Assembly: GCA_963783305.1 (NCBI GenBank)
Contig: CAWAMW010000007.1
Location: forward strand, 352,001-416,000
DNA: 64,000 nucleotides
Source: an uncultured Gemmatimonadales bacterium
GTDB lineage: Bacteria > Gemmatimonadota > Gemmatimonadetes > Longimicrobiales > RSA9
Direction of reading: 5' to 3'
Positions 20,271 through 30,154 of this stretch are shown here, in pieces; within the stretch, counting starts at the first letter, position 1, and the number at the start of each line of letters is the position of its first letter. Under the pieces are notes generated by a model, which made no database searches, was not told where the DNA came from, and saw nothing but the letters and a program-made list of their open reading frames with translations. A program made the position numbers and the translations under genes.

Positions 20271-20863
20271 GACTCCTCCGGCCGCAGGGGCACCACGGCA
20301 TCGTCGGCCCCGAGCCCGCCGGGGACGCGCTCCACGTGGAGCGCGCCGGCGCTCCTGAGGTCGCCGGCGGTGCGCTCGAACTCGAAGAGGGGGTCGCGCT
20401 CGTCGATGCCGAGGAAGAACGCGTCGTCGTTGACGCGATCAAAGCCGGGCACGTCGAAGAGCGGCTGCCAGAGCATGGGGAGGCGCGAGCCCACGATCAC
20501 GCCGAGGAAGGCGGCGATGGAGGCGAAGAGGATGGCGGTCTCGAACGTGATCATGACGTACGACGGGAACGGGTGCATCGGCCGTCCGCCCACATTGAGC
20601 GGGAAGTCGACGGTATTGGTCCACCACTGGATCCCGTAGCCAACGGCGGCGCCGAGCAGTCCCGCCAGGAGGGTGAAGAGCGGGATCCGTCCGCGGGGCA
20701 GCGCGAGGGCATCCTCGAGCCCCTCCACCTCCCAGGGGGCGAAGCCCTCCACCAGCGTGTAGCCGTGCCCACGCATTGCCGCCGCGGCGCTCTTCACCGC
20801 CTCGGCGGACTCGAACTCTGCGAGGACGCGGATCCTCATGACGTCCGGCGCCGAGCCCCTCAT
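20267..20863 (-). CDS. actD: Alternative complex III subunit ActD (DUF3341)
   Basis: VLAEFES, PLNVGGRP and ITFETAIL. ATGA overlap with the actC stop. Confidence 0.9.
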   Translation of the reverse strand: MRGSAPDVMRIRVLAEFESAEAVKSAAAAMRGHGYTLVEGFAPWEVEGLEDALALPRGRIPLFTLLAGLLGAAVGYGIQWWTNTVDFPLNVGGRPMHPFPSYVMITFETAILFASIAAFLGVIVGSRLPMLWQPLFDVPGFDRVNDDAFFLGIDERDPLFEFERTAGDLRSAGALHVERVPGGLGADDAVVPLRPEES

Positions 20864-22233
20864 GGCCTCGCCCACAGGTCGCGGTCGCGCTCGTGCGCCA
20901 GCTGCTTGACCTCGTGGATGGGGATCCCGGGCACGAAGCGCAGGAAGAGGAGGAACAGGAAGAGGAACGTGCTCATGGAGCCCAGGAGGAGGCTCCAGTC
21001 CACCCACGTCGGCATGTACTCGTGCCAGCTGGACGGGAGGAAGTCGCGGTCCAGGCTGGTCACCACGATGAGGAATCGCTCGATCCACATGCCCGCGAGG
21101 ACCAGCGTGGAGGCGCCAAAGAGCACGACGCGGCTGTGGCGGGCGCGTCGGCTCCAGAACACCTGGGGCACGAGCCCGTTCAGGATGACGGTCGCCCAGT
21201 ATATGACCGGCCATTCGAGGGGGCGGTGGACGAGGTAGATGAACCGCTCGACGGGGTGGCCGGAGTACCAGGCCATGAAGCTCTCCATGAGGTAGGCGTA
21301 GAGCATGAGCGAGCCCATGACCAGGAGGAGCTTGGCGATCATGTCCAGGTGGCGGCGCGTGATCATCTCCTTCCACCCCATGAGGGAGCGGATGGGGATG
21401 AGCAGCATGGCCACGAGGGCGAGGCCGGAGTGGATGGCGCCCACCACGAAGTAGGGTGGGAAGATGGTGCTGTGCCACCCTGGCAGCTGCGCGATGGCGA
21501 AGTCCATGGACACGATGGAGTGCACGGAGACCACGAGCGGTGTGGCGAGCCCGGCGAGGAGGCCGTAGCCGATCTGGTATCGGCGCCAGTCGCGGGCTGC
21601 GCCGCGCCAGCCGAGGGCGAAGATGCCGTAGATCCGCGCCCGCCGGCGGGTCGGCGCGGCGTCGCGGGCGGAGGCGAGGTCGGGGATCAGGCCCAGGTAC
21701 CAGAAGAGGAGCGAGACGATGCCGTACGTGGCGATGGCAGCGGCGTCGTAGGGGAGGGAGCTGCGGAATTGCGGCCACACGCCCATGGTCGCGGGGTAGG
21801 GCAGGAGCCAGTAGGCGAACCAGGCGCGGCCCAGGTGCAGGACGGGGAACAGCATGGCCATGGCGATGGCGAAGAGGGTCATCGCCTCGGCCACGCGGTT
21901 GATGGAGCTCCGCCACTGCTGCTCGAGGAGGAGCAGGAACGCCGAGATGAACGTGCCCGCGTGCCCCAGCCCGATCCACCAGACGAAGTTGATGATGGCG
22001 AACGCCCACGCGACGGGGATGTTGTTCCCCCATACGCCGATGCCGCTGAAGATCGTGTAAGCCATGGCGCCGACGAAGCCGAGGGCGCCCATGCCGGTCA
22101 TCAGGAAGAAGAACCGGAACGGCAGCGAGGGTTTGGACCAGAGCGGTGAGAGGACGCGCGACGTGATGTCGTGGTAGCCGAGGTCGTCGCGGAGAACGGG
22201 GTCCGGGTCGAGGGACGGGGCGTCCTGTCTCAC
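20860..22233 (-). CDS. actC: Alternative complex III NrfD/PsrC-family quinol-binding subunit ActC
   Basis: GIGVWGNNIPVAWAFAIINFVWWIGLGHAGTFISA, LHLGR and SVHSIVSMDFA. GTGA overlap with the actB stop. Confidence 0.94.
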   Translation of the reverse strand: MRQDAPSLDPDPVLRDDLGYHDITSRVLSPLWSKPSLPFRFFFLMTGMGALGFVGAMAYTIFSGIGVWGNNIPVAWAFAIINFVWWIGLGHAGTFISAFLLLLEQQWRSSINRVAEAMTLFAIAMAMLFPVLHLGRAWFAYWLLPYPATMGVWPQFRSSLPYDAAAIATYGIVSLLFWYLGLIPDLASARDAAPTRRRARIYGIFALGWRGAARDWRRYQIGYGLLAGLATPLVVSVHSIVSMDFAIAQLPGWHSTIFPPYFVVGAIHSGLALVAMLLIPIRSLMGWKEMITRRHLDMIAKLLLVMGSLMLYAYLMESFMAWYSGHPVERFIYLVHRPLEWPVIYWATVILNGLVPQVFWSRRARHSRVVLFGASTLVLAGMWIERFLIVVTSLDRDFLPSSWHEYMPTWVDWSLLLGSMSTFLFLFLLFLRFVPGIPIHEVKQLAHERDRDLWARP

Positions 22234-25200
22234 AGGGGCCGTTCCTCGGCTGCCCGCGCCCGCTGGCGCTGCGCCTCGTCCAGCTCCGGGTTCGGGTTCG
22301 AGATCCGGGCCAGGTACTGCGTCCGGGGCTTCGTGCCGAGCTCGTGCAGGACGCTGTAGATCCGCGGGTGCTCGCGGCTCCGTGAGACGGCGCTGTCGGG
22401 GTCCGTGAGCGATCCAAAGACGATGGCCTCCGTGGGGCACGCCGACTGGCAGGCCGTCCGGACGGCGTCGCGGGCGAGCGGCCGGCCCTCCCGGTCCGCC
22501 TCCCGCTCCGCGCGCCGGATCCGCTGGACGCAGTACGTGCACTTCTCCATCACGCCCCGCTCCCGCACGGTCACGTCCGGGTTCAGAACCAGCGTCTCCG
22601 GCGGCTCACGGTCGTTGTTGTAGTCGAACCAGTTGAAGCGCCGCACCTTCCAGGCGCAGTTGTTGGAGCAGAAGCGCGTACCGACGCAGCGCTGGTAGAC
22701 CATTTCGTTCAGGCCGTCTTTGGAGTGGACGGTGGCGTTGACGGGACAGACATACTCGCACGGCGCTTTTTCGCAGTGCTGGCAGAGCATGGGCTGATGG
22801 ACCACGTCGGGACGATCCGGCGGTCCCGTGAGATACCGGTCGATCCTCAGCCACTGCATCTCCCGGGACTGCAGGACTCCCTGCTTTCCCACCACCGGGA
22901 TGTTGTTCTCCGCCTGGCACGCCACCACGCAGACGGAGCAGCCGGTGCAGAGCGAGAGGTCGATGGTCATCGCCCACTGCTGCTCGCCGTCGAGGCCGGG
23001 GCCTTCATAGAGCGTCTCCACCCGGCCGCGGTGGTGGCGGGTGAACTCGGGCTCGCGGCGATACTCCTCCAGCGTGTGCTCGAGGACGATCTCCCGCCCC
23101 TCCATGGACCAGTGCGTCTGCGTGCCGGCGAGCTCCCGCCGCTCGGGCCGGCCATCCCCGTCGAGGACCCGGAGCACCGTCACGCCGGACAGGAGGAAGG
23201 GCGCGTCATGGGTGCGGAGACGGTAGGCGCTCACCCCGTGGCCCAGCGCCGTTTCCTCGGCCCCCTCCCGGCCGTAGCCGAGGTGGAGGGTGACCGCATC
23301 AGGGGCGTGGCCCGGGACGGGCAGGGCCGGGATCTCGAGGGCGCGGCCACCGTCCTCCAGGCGTACCACGTCGCCTTTCTCGACCCCGAGCCGGGCCGCT
23401 GTGACCGGCGAGAGCAGCGCGGCGTTCTCCCAGGTCAGCTTCGTGATCGGGTCGGGGAGCTCCAGGAGCCAGGCGTTGTTGGCGAAGCGGCCGTCGTAGA
23501 CGCGGGGGTCCGGGCGGATCGCGATTTCCACCACGCCGGCGGGGATCGGGGCGGTGCTGGCTGGCGGGTCGGGTGGGCCGGGGACGCCGTCCCCCCGTTC
23601 CCGGGGTGAAGGGGCGGCCTTCAGTCTCTCGGCGGAGATCCGGGTCTGGCGGTGGGCCCGCTCCCGCCGCGTCCGCAGCTGTCGCGTCAGCGAGTCCGCG
23701 TCGATGGCGGGGGTCGCGCGGACGGTCGGGGTGTCGCTGCCAGCGACCACGCCCGACCGGAGCGACTCGCGCCAGAGCTCCTCGAAATCCACAGCCGGGA
23801 CCGCCAGGACCTGCCGACGCCAAACCTCGCGCACCGCCGCGTCCGCCGGGACCGACTCCGCACCCGCGAACGCCCGGAGGATGTCGTCGACGGAATGGCC
23901 GTCGTAGAGGGGGCGAATGAGCGGCTGTATCGTGGAGAGGGTGCCGTCGTAGGCGCGGGTGTCCCCCCACGCTTCCAGGTAATGGGTGGTGGGCAGGTAC
24001 CAGTCGCAGAGCGCCGCCGTCTCGTTCTCATACAGTCCTCCGCAGATCGAAGTGCGGACGCCGCGGAGGGCGGCGGCGAAGTCCAGGTCCGCGGGGGCGG
24101 TGTAGGCGGGGTTGGAGTCGAGGACGACCAGCGTGTCCACTCGCCCGGCGCCCATTTCGCCGACCAGCGGACGGAGCCCGTGGGACGTCGATCCAGCTTC
24201 GTGGATAACCGGCTCCCCCAGGGTGACGGTGCGTCCGAGATTGCCCAATCGCTCGTTGATGACGTGAACCAGGGCGTGGACTTCCGGCGGCTGATGCGGC
24301 CCCGCGATGACCACGCCCGAGCGGGCGTATTCGCGCAGGTCGCGAGCCGCATGGCGGACCCAGTCGGCGGCGTCGGGCCCGAGCCCGGGCAGCGCCGCGG
24401 ACGGGTCGAGGATCGCCGCGTGGAGCGCCACCGCGATCCACTCGATCTCTGAGCTGCGCGCGGGGAGGTGATGGTCGGCGGTGGCCGCCGTGGGGTCCAG
24501 CATGGGGGCCGCGGCGTAGAGGCGGTTCATCGCGCTCCCTGGCCCATCGGGGCGCCGCGCGAGCGCGAAATGCCGGGCGTTCCGAATCCGAGCGGGGCCT
24601 TCGGCCAGGAAGTTCGACTCCAACGCCACCACGACGCGGGCGCGGCGGAAGTCGTGCCGCGGAACCAGGGGCCGTCCGAACGCGAGTCGCGCTCCCTCCA
24701 GCTCGGCCGTGCCGCCTGTGGGCGAAAAGAAGTGGAAGCGGGCTTCCGGAAGGCGCGAACGGATCGCATCGATCCAGTGGATCCGGAAGGGAGAGCTGGT
24801 GGGCTGGAGGAGGAAGTGAAGGCCGCGCCCTCCGGAGGGGACCAGCGGGGCGGACGCTCCGTCCGGCGGACGGGGGCCGTCCGGACCCTGCACAGCCCGG
24901 ACGAAGCGCCCCCAGCTCCGCGGCTGAGCGCTCTCCAGGATCAGCCGGCCGCGGTGGGGGTCGTAGAGCTGGAGGATCGAGGCCTGCTCGAACGGCCCCA
25001 GCGCCCCAAGGCTCGAGGGGTGGTCCGGGTTGCCCTCGACCATCACCGGCCGCCCCTCCCGGCTCTGGGCCAGCAGCCCGATCCCGTACCCGTCCAGCAC
25101 CATGGTCGTGGCGTATGCCAGCGGGATGCCAGGGGTCACCTCAGGGGGGCGGTGCACGTACGGGAGCACCGTGCCCACGGGGCGCTCGCAGGCCTGAAGG

Positions 25201-25382
25201 CCGGCCAGGGCGGCCGAAGCCCCCACGATCTTCAGGAACTCCCGCCGGGTGGTCCCGTCCGGCGCCCGGTCCGCCCCCTCCGGGAACTCCGGGCTGGCGC
25301 CGGCGAACCCGGCTCGCTCTTCCAGGCTGCGCCAGTAGCGGGGCGGGTGCGGGAGGACGGGGAGCTGGCCGGATCGGGTCAT
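22230..25382 (-). CDS. actB: Alternative complex III subunit ActB (molybdopterin-oxidoreductase-like domain plus Fe-S domain)
   Basis: YWRSLEE, Tat motif TRREFLK, EGNPDHP and the C-terminal motifs CTGCSVCVVAC, CQHC..APC...CP, CVGTRFCSNNC and CTYC. Confidence 0.94.
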   Translation of the reverse strand: MTRSGQLPVLPHPPRYWRSLEERAGFAGASPEFPEGADRAPDGTTRREFLKIVGASAALAGLQACERPVGTVLPYVHRPPEVTPGIPLAYATTMVLDGYGIGLLAQSREGRPVMVEGNPDHPSSLGALGPFEQASILQLYDPHRGRLILESAQPRSWGRFVRAVQGPDGPRPPDGASAPLVPSGGRGLHFLLQPTSSPFRIHWIDAIRSRLPEARFHFFSPTGGTAELEGARLAFGRPLVPRHDFRRARVVVALESNFLAEGPARIRNARHFALARRPDGPGSAMNRLYAAAPMLDPTAATADHHLPARSSEIEWIAVALHAAILDPSAALPGLGPDAADWVRHAARDLREYARSGVVIAGPHQPPEVHALVHVINERLGNLGRTVTLGEPVIHEAGSTSHGLRPLVGEMGAGRVDTLVVLDSNPAYTAPADLDFAAALRGVRTSICGGLYENETAALCDWYLPTTHYLEAWGDTRAYDGTLSTIQPLIRPLYDGHSVDDILRAFAGAESVPADAAVREVWRRQVLAVPAVDFEELWRESLRSGVVAGSDTPTVRATPAIDADSLTRQLRTRRERAHRQTRISAERLKAAPSPRERGDGVPGPPDPPASTAPIPAGVVEIAIRPDPRVYDGRFANNAWLLELPDPITKLTWENAALLSPVTAARLGVEKGDVVRLEDGGRALEIPALPVPGHAPDAVTLHLGYGREGAEETALGHGVSAYRLRTHDAPFLLSGVTVLRVLDGDGRPERRELAGTQTHWSMEGREIVLEHTLEEYRREPEFTRHHRGRVETLYEGPGLDGEQQWAMTIDLSLCTGCSVCVVACQAENNIPVVGKQGVLQSREMQWLRIDRYLTGPPDRPDVVHQPMLCQHCEKAPCEYVCPVNATVHSKDGLNEMVYQRCVGTRFCSNNCAWKVRRFNWFDYNNDREPPETLVLNPDVTVRERGVMEKCTYCVQRIRRAEREADREGRPLARDAVRTACQSACPTEAIVFGSLTDPDSAVSRSREHPRIYSVLHELGTKPRTQYLARISNPNPELDEAQRQRARAAEERPL

Positions 25383-26029
25383 CGGTGGCACGTCGTGCAG
25401 TCGGTGCCCGGCGCCACGTCGTACTCGGCCATGAGGGCGGCGGCCAGCGAGTCCCGGTCGCCCTGGAAGGTCCACCCCGGCGTGGTGATCTCGGACCGGG
25501 GACGCAGCCGTGGGCCCGGGTCCCGGTGGCATTCCAGGCACCAGCCCATGGTCAGCGGCGCGACCTGAGTCACCCGCGCCTGCCGGTCGAGCCGGCCGTG
25601 GCAGCTCTCGCAGCCCACACCGTTCAGGACGTGGGCGGAATGGTCGAAATAGACGAAATCGGCCAGGGAATAGACGCGGGCCCAGGCCAGGGGCGCGCCC
25701 TCGAAGTAGCTCTCACGTACCGGCTCCAGGAGAGGGCTGTCGTTCCAGATCTGGTTGTGGCAGTTCATGCAGAGGTCGGCGCCGGGGATGCCGGCGTACG
25801 GCGACCGGTCGGCGAGGGAGTGGCAGTAGAGGCAGTCCACGAGGTCATCCGCCACGTGGTGGCGGTGGTCGAAGGGCACCGGCTGCTCGGGTGCGCGGCC
25901 CACACCGGTGTTCCACGGGCTTCGAACATACCCCATGAGCGCGAGCGGGACCGCCAGGACCAGGAGCACGGCCGCTGCGATCGCCACCCGGAACGCATGG
26001 TTCGACCAACTGGGGAAGAGCGCCGGCAT
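25379..26029 (-). CDS. actA: Alternative complex III pentaheme cytochrome c ActA
   Basis: N-terminal TM, QPVPFDHRHH and five CxxCH motifs (CLYCH, CMNCH, CESCH, CLECH, CTTCH). Confidence 0.94.
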   Translation of the reverse strand: MPALFPSWSNHAFRVAIAAAVLLVLAVPLALMGYVRSPWNTGVGRAPEQPVPFDHRHHVADDLVDCLYCHSLADRSPYAGIPGADLCMNCHNQIWNDSPLLEPVRESYFEGAPLAWARVYSLADFVYFDHSAHVLNGVGCESCHGRLDRQARVTQVAPLTMGWCLECHRDPGPRLRPRSEITTPGWTFQGDRDSLAAALMAEYDVAPGTDCTTCHR

Positions 26030-26186
26030 CTCCGTTCCGGAAAGGGTCGCCCCGCGACCGGGCCGGTCGCGGCGGACGCCGATTCGCGGCATGCAAGACA
26101 CGTGCAGCAGACGCCGATCGACGGGCGCCCGGAGCCGCCCGGTGGTATGTTCAGCGGCTCGTAATCCGCCAATCGGAGTCTGTCGA

Positions 26187-27509
26187 ATGCCCCGTACGTC
26201 GCCGTGGGCCCGAGCCCTTCTGTTCTCCTCCGCCGCCCTGGGTGTGAGCCTGGCGTCGTGCGCGCGGCCGAGCGAGCCGGCCCTGCCGGTCGCCGCCCCT
26301 GAAGCGCTGGGATTGTCGCCGAAGGTGCTCGAGCGCGCGGATTCAGTGCTCCGTGCGTTTGTCGACGCGGGGCAGGTGGGGGGGGTGTATGCGGTGATCG
26401 CGCGTGGCGGGCGAGTCGGATACGAGCGGACGTTCGGGTGGCGCGACGTGGGCGGGCGCGATCCGCTGCGCCGGGACGATGTCTTCCGGATCTACTCCAT
26501 GACCAAACCGATCACCGCCGTCGGGATGCTGCGACTGGTCGAGGAGGGGCGGGTGGCGCTGGATGACCCGGTCTCCCGCTACATCCCGGCCTTCGCGAAG
26601 GTAAAGGTATTCGCCGGGGGAACGGCCGCTGCGCCCCTGCTGGAGGAGCCTCGCTCCCCCATCACGATCCGGCAGCTGCTCAACCACACTTCCGGTCTTG
26701 CGTACGGACTCACCCGCTCGCCGGTGGACACGATCTTCGCCGCGGCGAAGCTGTACGACGCGGAGCGGACCCTGGAGGCGTTCACAGACTCCCTCGCCCG
26801 CGTGCCGCTCCTGTTCCATCCCGGCACGGCGTGGAGCTACAGCTCGGGACTGGACGTAGCCGGACGGGTAATCGAGGTCGCCTCGGGGCGGTCGCTCGAT
26901 CGATTCCTCGAGGAGGAGATCTTCCGCCCGCTCGGGATGCGAGACACGGCCTTTCGGATCCGGCCCGACATGCGAGACCGTCTCGCCACCGTGTACAGGC
27001 CGGGGGCGGGGGGCGAGCTCGAGAGGCTCGGCCCGGACGGGCTCATGGCCATGTTCGAGCCGGGTGCCCGGTTCTTCTGGGGCAGTGGAGGGCTGGTCTC
27101 GACGCCCGACGACTACCTCCGGTTCGCCCAGATGCTCCTGAACGGCGGCGCGCTCGGGGAGGCCCGGGTGCTCCGACCGGAGACCGTCGCCATGTTGACC
27201 GGCGACACGGTCCCGTTCCATCTGGGACGTCCCACGAACAGCATCCTCGAGGACCCCACCTACCGGTTCGGGCTGGGAGTGGCAGTGAAGGTCGACACCG
27301 TCGGCGCGCTGCGGCCCGGGCCCGCCGGCCTGTTTCGATGGTCCGGCTACCTGGGGACCTACTTCTGGATCGACCCGGTCAACGACATGATCGCCATGGT
27401 CTGGACGCAGCTGTCGCCCGGCTCCAGGTACCCGATCGAGGCGCGCTTCCAGGATCTCGTGTACGAGGCGCTGTCGCGCCGTGTCGGCTTTCCGGCCCCT
27501 GGCGTCTGA
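26187..27509 (+). CDS. Serine hydrolase, beta-lactamase family (EstB/AmpC-like) lipoprotein
   Basis: Lipobox LASC, FRIYSMTK (SxxK), LLNHTSG, WSYS and WSG. Confidence 0.9.
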   Translation: MPRTSPWARALLFSSAALGVSLASCARPSEPALPVAAPEALGLSPKVLERADSVLRAFVDAGQVGGVYAVIARGGRVGYERTFGWRDVGGRDPLRRDDVFRIYSMTKPITAVGMLRLVEEGRVALDDPVSRYIPAFAKVKVFAGGTAAAPLLEEPRSPITIRQLLNHTSGLAYGLTRSPVDTIFAAAKLYDAERTLEAFTDSLARVPLLFHPGTAWSYSSGLDVAGRVIEVASGRSLDRFLEEEIFRPLGMRDTAFRIRPDMRDRLATVYRPGAGGELERLGPDGLMAMFEPGARFFWGSGGLVSTPDDYLRFAQMLLNGGALGEARVLRPETVAMLTGDTVPFHLGRPTNSILEDPTYRFGLGVAVKVDTVGALRPGPAGLFRWSGYLGTYFWIDPVNDMIAMVWTQLSPGSRYPIEARFQDLVYEALSRRVGFPAPGV

Positions 27510-27597
27510 TCAGGGCCCGACGAGGACCACTCGCCGGGCTTCCGCGTCGAAGCTGATGGCGAAATCGCGGAGCGCGGCCGGGCCGATCTCCGTGGTT

Positions 27598-29268
27598 TCA
27601 TGGGAGGTTGGCGGACCGGAAGGCCTCCTGCACCATCGATCGCGCCTCGTCCTGGATGCGGGCCAGGTGCTTCTCGTCCCGGAAGCTCTCCGCGTAGATC
27701 TTGTACACGTTCTCCGTTCCGGACGGCCGCGCCGCGAACCAGCCGTTCTCCGTCACCACCTTGAGACCGCCGATGGGCGCGTTGTTGCCGGGCGCCCGCG
27801 TCATCCGCTGGACGATCGGCTCTCCGGCGAGGTCGCGGGTCCCGATGGATTCGGGAGAGAGGGTCTTCAACGCCGCCTTCTGCTCGGGCGTCGCCGGGGC
27901 GTCGATCCGCTGATACACGGGGGTTCCGAATCGCTCTTCCAGGTCGTGGTAGATCTCGGCGGGATCCCGGCCGGTGACCGCGAGGATCTCGGCGGCGAGC
28001 AGGGCGAGGAGGATGCCGTCCTTGTCGGTGGTCCACGGGGACCCGTCGTGGCGCAGGAAGGTGGCGCCCGCGCTTTCCTCACCGGCGAAGGCGACGTCGG
28101 CGTTCATGAGCCCCTCGACGAACCACTTGAAGCCGACGGGCACCTCGACCAGGGGTCGACCGAGGTCCCGGGCCACGCGATCGATCATGGAGCTGGAGAC
28201 CAGCGTTTTGCCGATGCCGGCGTCCGAGGGCCAGTCGGGTCGGTGCTGGAAGAGGTACCAGACGGCGACGGCCAGGTAGTGGTTCGGGTCGAGCAGTCCG
28301 CCCGTGGGGGTGACGATCCCGTGGCGGTCGGCGTCCGGGTCGAGCCCGGCGGCAACGTCGAAGCGGTCCCGGAGCCCGATCAGCCCGGCCATGGCATAGG
28401 GTGAGGAGCAGTCCATCCGCACCTTCCCGTCGCGGTCCAGCGGCATGAAGGAGAACGTGGGGTCGACGTCTTTGTTCACGACCTCGAGGTCGAGACCGTA
28501 GCGTTCCGCGATGGGCTCCCAGTAGTCGACGGAGGAGCCGCCCATGGGGTCCACGCCAATGCGCAACCCGGACGCGGCGATGGCGTCCATGTCGAGGACC
28601 GACGCGAGCTCCTCGATGTAGGCGGATCGCAGGTCCACCTCCCGGGTGGTGCGGGCCGCTCTCGCCGCCCGGAGCGAAAGCCGCTCGCCCCCCGGGGCGC
28701 CTGAGTCCAGCAGCTCGTTCGCCCGCTCCTCGATGGCGGACGTGGTCTCTCCGGCGGCGGGTCCCCCGTGGGGCGGGTTGTACTTGATCCCTCCGTCCTC
28801 CGGCGGATTGTGCGACGGCGTGAGGATCAGCCCGTCCGCGCGCCCCGCACCGGCGGCACCCGCCGCCCCGCCCGAGTGGTTCGCCCGGAGGATCGCGCGG
28901 GATATGACCGGCGTGGGTGTGAACGGGGAGGCACCGTCCAGCCGGAGCTCCACACCGGCACCGGCCAGGACCCCCACGGCCACCTCGAAGGCCTGCTCCG
29001 ACAGGGCATGTGTGTCCTTGCCGACGAACATGGGCCCGTCGATGCGCTCGTGCGCGCGATACTCGGAGATGGCGGTGGCAATGGACCGGATGTGCGCCTC
29101 GTTGAAGCTTCCATCGAGAGACGTGCCCCGGTGTCCCGAGGTGCCGAAGGACACCCGCTCCGCACGGACCGATGGGTCCGGCGTCCGATCATGGAACGCC
29201 GCGCGTAGCGCGCCAATGTCCGTCTGACGATCGGGGGGCGTCGGTTCGGCCTGCGGGTCATTGCTCAT
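27598..29268 (-). CDS. pgm: Phosphoglucomutase (glucose-1,6-bisphosphate dependent)
   Basis: [29 protein letters not shown] and ARPSGTE. Confidence 0.95.
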   Translation of the reverse strand: MSNDPQAEPTPPDRQTDIGALRAAFHDRTPDPSVRAERVSFGTSGHRGTSLDGSFNEAHIRSIATAISEYRAHERIDGPMFVGKDTHALSEQAFEVAVGVLAGAGVELRLDGASPFTPTPVISRAILRANHSGGAAGAAGAGRADGLILTPSHNPPEDGGIKYNPPHGGPAAGETTSAIEERANELLDSGAPGGERLSLRAARAARTTREVDLRSAYIEELASVLDMDAIAASGLRIGVDPMGGSSVDYWEPIAERYGLDLEVVNKDVDPTFSFMPLDRDGKVRMDCSSPYAMAGLIGLRDRFDVAAGLDPDADRHGIVTPTGGLLDPNHYLAVAVWYLFQHRPDWPSDAGIGKTLVSSSMIDRVARDLGRPLVEVPVGFKWFVEGLMNADVAFAGEESAGATFLRHDGSPWTTDKDGILLALLAAEILAVTGRDPAEIYHDLEERFGTPVYQRIDAPATPEQKAALKTLSPESIGTRDLAGEPIVQRMTRAPGNNAPIGGLKVVTENGWFAARPSGTENVYKIYAESFRDEKHLARIQDEARSMVQEAFRSANLP

Positions 29269-29506
29269 GAAGGCGCGCTCTCCTGCGTCGGGGTCCTCGT
29301 GGTTCGAGTGCGGCCCAGGCGATGCAAGTTCCCGCCCGTGCGCCCCCGGTGCAACGCCGGCGACGACCCGGCGGCGGGTGCGTGTGAAACGGGTGTTGTG
29401 GGTGAGGGTGAAGCGTGACGAGGGTGGAACGATTACTGCGCGGGAAAGGGGTGCGAGGCGGCAGCGTTCCTGTCGCCTTTTGTCGTAATTCCAGCAGGGG
29501 GTCAAC

Positions 29507-29764
29507 ATGCCGAAGAACCACGGATCGAGCGTAAAGGACGACGAACAGTACGAGGCGCTGCGGGAAGAGGGCGCCAGCAAGGAGAAGGCGGCCCGGATCG
29601 CGAACTCCGGCTCGCGGTCGTCGACGGGGAAGAAGGGCGGGAACGCCAGCCAGTACGAGGACCGTACCAGGGACGAGCTCTACGAGAAGGCGAAGGAAGT
29701 GGGCATAGAGGGCCGGTCGGACATGACGAAGGACGAGCTGATCGACGCCTTGCGGAACCACTGA
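29507..29764 (+). CDS. Small hydrophilic stress-type protein with Rho-N-like helical domain
   Basis: [26 protein letters not shown]...[27 protein letters not shown]. Confidence 0.85.
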   Translation: MPKNHGSSVKDDEQYEALREEGASKEKAARIANSGSRSSTGKKGGNASQYEDRTRDELYEKAKEVGIEGRSDMTKDELIDALRNH

Positions 29765-29827
29765 CTCCGGTATACGGGTTTCCGTTGAGGACGAGGCGTT
29801 CGCCGAGCGCCTGGAGGTCCCCCGCAC

Positions 29828-30154
29828 GTGGAGTCAGATGAGGCATACGGGAGCCGACGCGCCGTGCGGCTGATCGCGACGCGGAAATCCGAGCAGAACC
29901 ACCGGGCCATCGACCCGTGGACCGTGGTGCACGTGTCCGCGGGTCTCGCGCTGGGGCTGATGGACATCGACCGTGGGAAGGCGCTGGCGCTGGCGGTGGG
30001 GTACGAGCTCGCTGAGCAGGTGTTCGAGCGTCGGCCGTGGGGCAGAGAGCTGTTCAAGACGTCCGGTCCCGAGATCCTGCCGAACGCGGCCGTGGACCTG
30101 GCGGTGTTCTGGGGAGGGCACGTACTCGGTACGCTGTGGAACGCCACGGAGTGA
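29828..30154 (+). CDS. Hypothetical small membrane protein
   Basis: GGAGG RBS. DPWTVVH..G, YELAE and E...N...D pattern. Stop overlaps the TBDR start. Confidence 0.65.
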   Translation: MESDEAYGSRRAVRLIATRKSEQNHRAIDPWTVVHVSAGLALGLMDIDRGKALALAVGYELAEQVFERRPWGRELFKTSGPEILPNAAVDLAVFWGGHVLGTLWNATE

